Below are positions 61,181 to 64,000 of a stretch of DNA of 64,000 nucleotides, piece by piece. Numbering within the stretch: the stretch's first letter is position 1; every line of letters begins with the position of its first letter. Below the pieces are notes generated by a model. That model was not told the origin of the DNA, made no database searches, and saw only the letters and a list, made by a program, of their open reading frames with translations. Origin of the DNA: Euglena gracilis (lineage: Eukaryota); contig CP154954.1 in NCBI GenBank assembly GCA_039621445.1, positions 248,001 to 312,000 of the forward strand, written 5' to 3'. A program made the position numbers and the translations under genes.

Positions 61181-61328
61181 CTATTATCTTTTATTATTAT
61201 AGAATACCTTTGATAAGGGTAGGGTCGTGGATTGAATCCTTGTATTAGCCAAATATTTCTTTTCTTTAAAATCCTAAGGCGTAGGTCTCCAAAACCTGAT
61301 GTAGTAGGTTCGAATCCTACAAAGCGCG
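61181..61328 (+). pseudogene. Pseudo-trnI followed by pseudo-trnW in the second rrn leader
   Basis: CCTTTGATAAGGGTAGGGTCG at ~61207 and GTAGGTCTCCAAAACCTG...GGTTCGAATCCTACAAAGCGCG ending at 61328. Confidence 0.8.
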
Positions 61329-61409
61329 CTTTTAGTGGGCACATTATAGTAAATGTGCCCCTTGCTTGGTCACCAAGAGGGTGAGAGGATTTGACCAACT
61401 TTGATGTTT

Positions 61410-62154
61410 TGGAAATGACGAGTTTGATCCTTGCTCAGGGTGAACGCTGGCGGTATGCTTAACACATGCAAGTTGAACGAAATTACTAGCAATAGTAATT
61501 TAGTGGCGGACGGGTGAGTAATATGTAAGAATCTGCGCTTGGGTGAGGAATAACAGATGGAAACGTTTGCTAATGCCTCATAATTTACTAGATCTATGTG
61601 AGTAGCTAGTTAAAGAGAATTTCGCCTAGGCATGAGCTTGCATCTGATTAGCTTGTTGGTGAGGTAAAAGGCTTACCAAGGCGACGATCAGTAGCTGATT
61701 TGAGAGGATGATCAGCCACACTGGGATTGAGAACGGAACAGACTTCTACGGAAGGCAGCAGTGAGGAATTTTCCGCAATGGGCGCAAGCCTGACGGAGCA
61801 ATACCGCGTGAAGGAAGACGGCCTTTGGGTTGTAAACTTCTTTTCTCAAAGAAGAAGAAATGACGGTATTTGAGGAATAAGCATCGGCTAATTCCGTGCC
61901 AGCAGCCGCGGTAATACGGGAGATGCGAGCGTTATCCGGAATTATTGGGCGTAAAGAGTTTGTAGGCGGTCAAGTGTGTTTAATGTTAAAAGTCAAAGCT
62001 TAACTTTGGAAGGGCATTAAAAACTGCTAGACTTGAGTATGGTAGGGGTGAAGGGAATTTCCAGTGTAGCGGTGAAATGCGTAGAGATTGGAAAGAACAC
62101 CAATGGCGAAGGCACTTTTCTAGGCCAATACTGACGCTGAGAAACGAAAGCTGA

Positions 62155-62186
<32 letters not shown>

Positions 62187-62279
62187 TTGGCCGTAAACTA
62201 TGGATACTAAGTGGTGCTGAAAGTGCACTGCTGTAGTTAACACGTTAAGTATCCCGCCTGGGGAGTACGCTTGCACAAG

Positions 62280-62360
<81 letters not shown>

Positions 62361-62428
62361 AGGATTTGACAGGATCTAGGAGGAAGTTTGAAAGAACGCA
62401 GTACCTTCGGGTATCTAGACACAGGTGG

Positions 62429-62493
<65 letters not shown>

Positions 62494-62749
62494 TTTTTTA
62501 ATTAACGCTTGTCATTTAGAAATACTGCTGGTTATTACCGGAGGAAGGTGAGGACGACGTCAAGTCATCATGCCCCTTATATCCTGGGCTACACACGTGC
62601 TACAATGGTTAAGACAATAAGTTGCAATTTTGTGAAAATGAGCTAATCTTAAAACTTAGCCTAAGTTCGGATTGTAGGCTGAAACTCGCCTACATGAAGC
62701 CGGAATCGCTAGTAATCGCCGGTCAGCTATACGGCGGTGAATACGTTCT

Positions 62750-62787
<38 letters not shown>

Positions 62788-62906
62788 GGCTGTGCCCGAA
62801 GTTATTATCTTGCCTGAAAAGAGGGAAATACCTAAGGCCTGGCTGGTGACTGGGGTGAAGTCGTAACAAGGTAGCCGTACTGGAAGGTGTGGCTGGAACA
62901 ACTCCC
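61410..62906 (+). rRNA. rrs: 16S rRNA, copy 2
   Basis: Full 16S including the conserved CGCAACGAGCGCAACCC. Confidence 0.98.
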
Positions 62907-62992
62907 TTTAGTTTTTTAACTAAAAAAATGTATAGATTGGAAACAATGAAAAATAAAAAAAATAAGTAGGGAAACCTCTTATTTTTCCAAGA

Positions 62993-63066
62993 GGGCTATT
63001 AGCTCAGTTGGTTAGAGCATACCCTTGATAAGGGTAAGGTCGCTAGTTCAAGTCTAGCATGGCCCT
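62993..63066 (+). tRNA. trnI-GAU: tRNA-Ile(GAU)
   Basis: Identical to 54643-54716. Confidence 0.95.
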
Positions 63067-63075
63067 CTTGGTTTT

Positions 63076-63148
63076 GGGGGTATAGCTCAGTTGGTAGAGC
63101 GCTGCCTTTGCAAGGCAGATGTCAGCGGTTCGAGTCCGCTTATCTCCA
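63076..63148 (+). tRNA. trnA-UGC: tRNA-Ala(UGC)
   Basis: Identical to 54726-54798. Confidence 0.96.
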
Positions 63149-63164
63149 AAAAGGTTTTGATGTA

Positions 63165-64000
63165 GGTTCAAATGAACAAGGGCTTATGCGGGATTGCTTG
63201 GCATTTAGAGTCGAAGAAGGGCGTAGAAATTAACGATATGCTTTAGGGAGCTAAAGACGAGCTTTAATCTAAAGATTCCCGAATGGGGCAACCTATTACT
63301 TTAACATTACAATGAAATGGTATACAAATAATGTAGAGAACTTGGTGAACTGAAACATCTTAGTAGCCGAAGGAAAAGAAAGCAAAAGCGATTTTCTTAT
63401 TAGTGGCGAGCTAACGGAAATCAGCCTAAACCTTTATGGGTGTTGTGGGTATATTATAATTACTGAAAAAGATAGAGAATTTGTTGAAAACAAAATCAAA
63501 GAGGGTTTTAAATCCCGTATTTGTTTTTAAAAAGTAATTTTTGATTTTCCCGAGTAGCATAGAGCACGTGGAATTCTGTGTGAATCAGCGAGGACCATCT
63601 CGTAAGGCTAAATACTCCTAAATGACCGATAGTGTACGAGTACCGTGAGGGAAAGCTGAAATAGAACACTGAGAAGTGAGTGAAATAGAATATGAAAGCA
63701 TAAGTTTACAAGCAGTAGGAGATCTATTTAAAGATTGACTGTGTGCCTGTTGAAGAATGAGCCGGCGACTTATAGGTGATGGCAAGGTTAAGGTTTTTCC
63801 GGAGCCATAGTGAAATCGAGCTTAAATAAAGCGAAAAACTTTCTTCTTGAAAGTTTATGTCATTGCTTATAGACCCGAACCCAGGTGATCTAATCATGGT
63901 CAGGTTGAAGTTTTGGTAAAACAGAATGGAGGACCGAACCCACCAATGTTGAAAAATTGGGGGATGAACTGTGATTAGGGGAGAAATTCCAATCGAACTT
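63165..64000 (+). rRNA. rrl: 23S rRNA, 5' part (truncated by the window end)
   Basis: Matches 54815-55650. Confidence 0.95.

Noticed and set aside
53896-62901. ORFs inside the 16S and 23S genes
   Set aside because: They overlap rRNA or corrupted rRNA sequence.

Overview
This is a euglenid chloroplast genome segment, almost certainly Euglena gracilis, from a noisy long-read consensus. Positions 1-33.8 kb run through the 54-bp VNTR, trnL-CAA, chlI, the intron-rich psbD-psbC operon (twintrons and intron maturase ORFs), trnL-UAA, psbA, trnR-UCU and psaM. The exons I reconstructed by hand give full-length ChlI (348 aa), D2 (352 aa), CP43 (461 aa) and D1 (345 aa). After a poly-pyrimidine noise block (~33.8-38.3 kb), positions 38.3-48.0 kb are the reverse complement of positions 1-11.3 kb; this is most likely a fold-back read or assembly artefact. 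The sequence then continues through an ORF/repeat island into tandem rRNA operons. The most notable observation is in that island, between the VNTR and the first 16S gene. It holds a frameshifted geminivirus/plasmid-type rolling-circle Rep gene (motifs I, II HUH, GRS-like, III YxxK and a degenerate helicase region) and an intact 351-aa ORF whose N-terminus resembles a catalytically dead circovirus-type Rep endonuclease. Both sit among nested duplications. These protein assignments come from motif recognition by eye and need HMM or structure confirmation.
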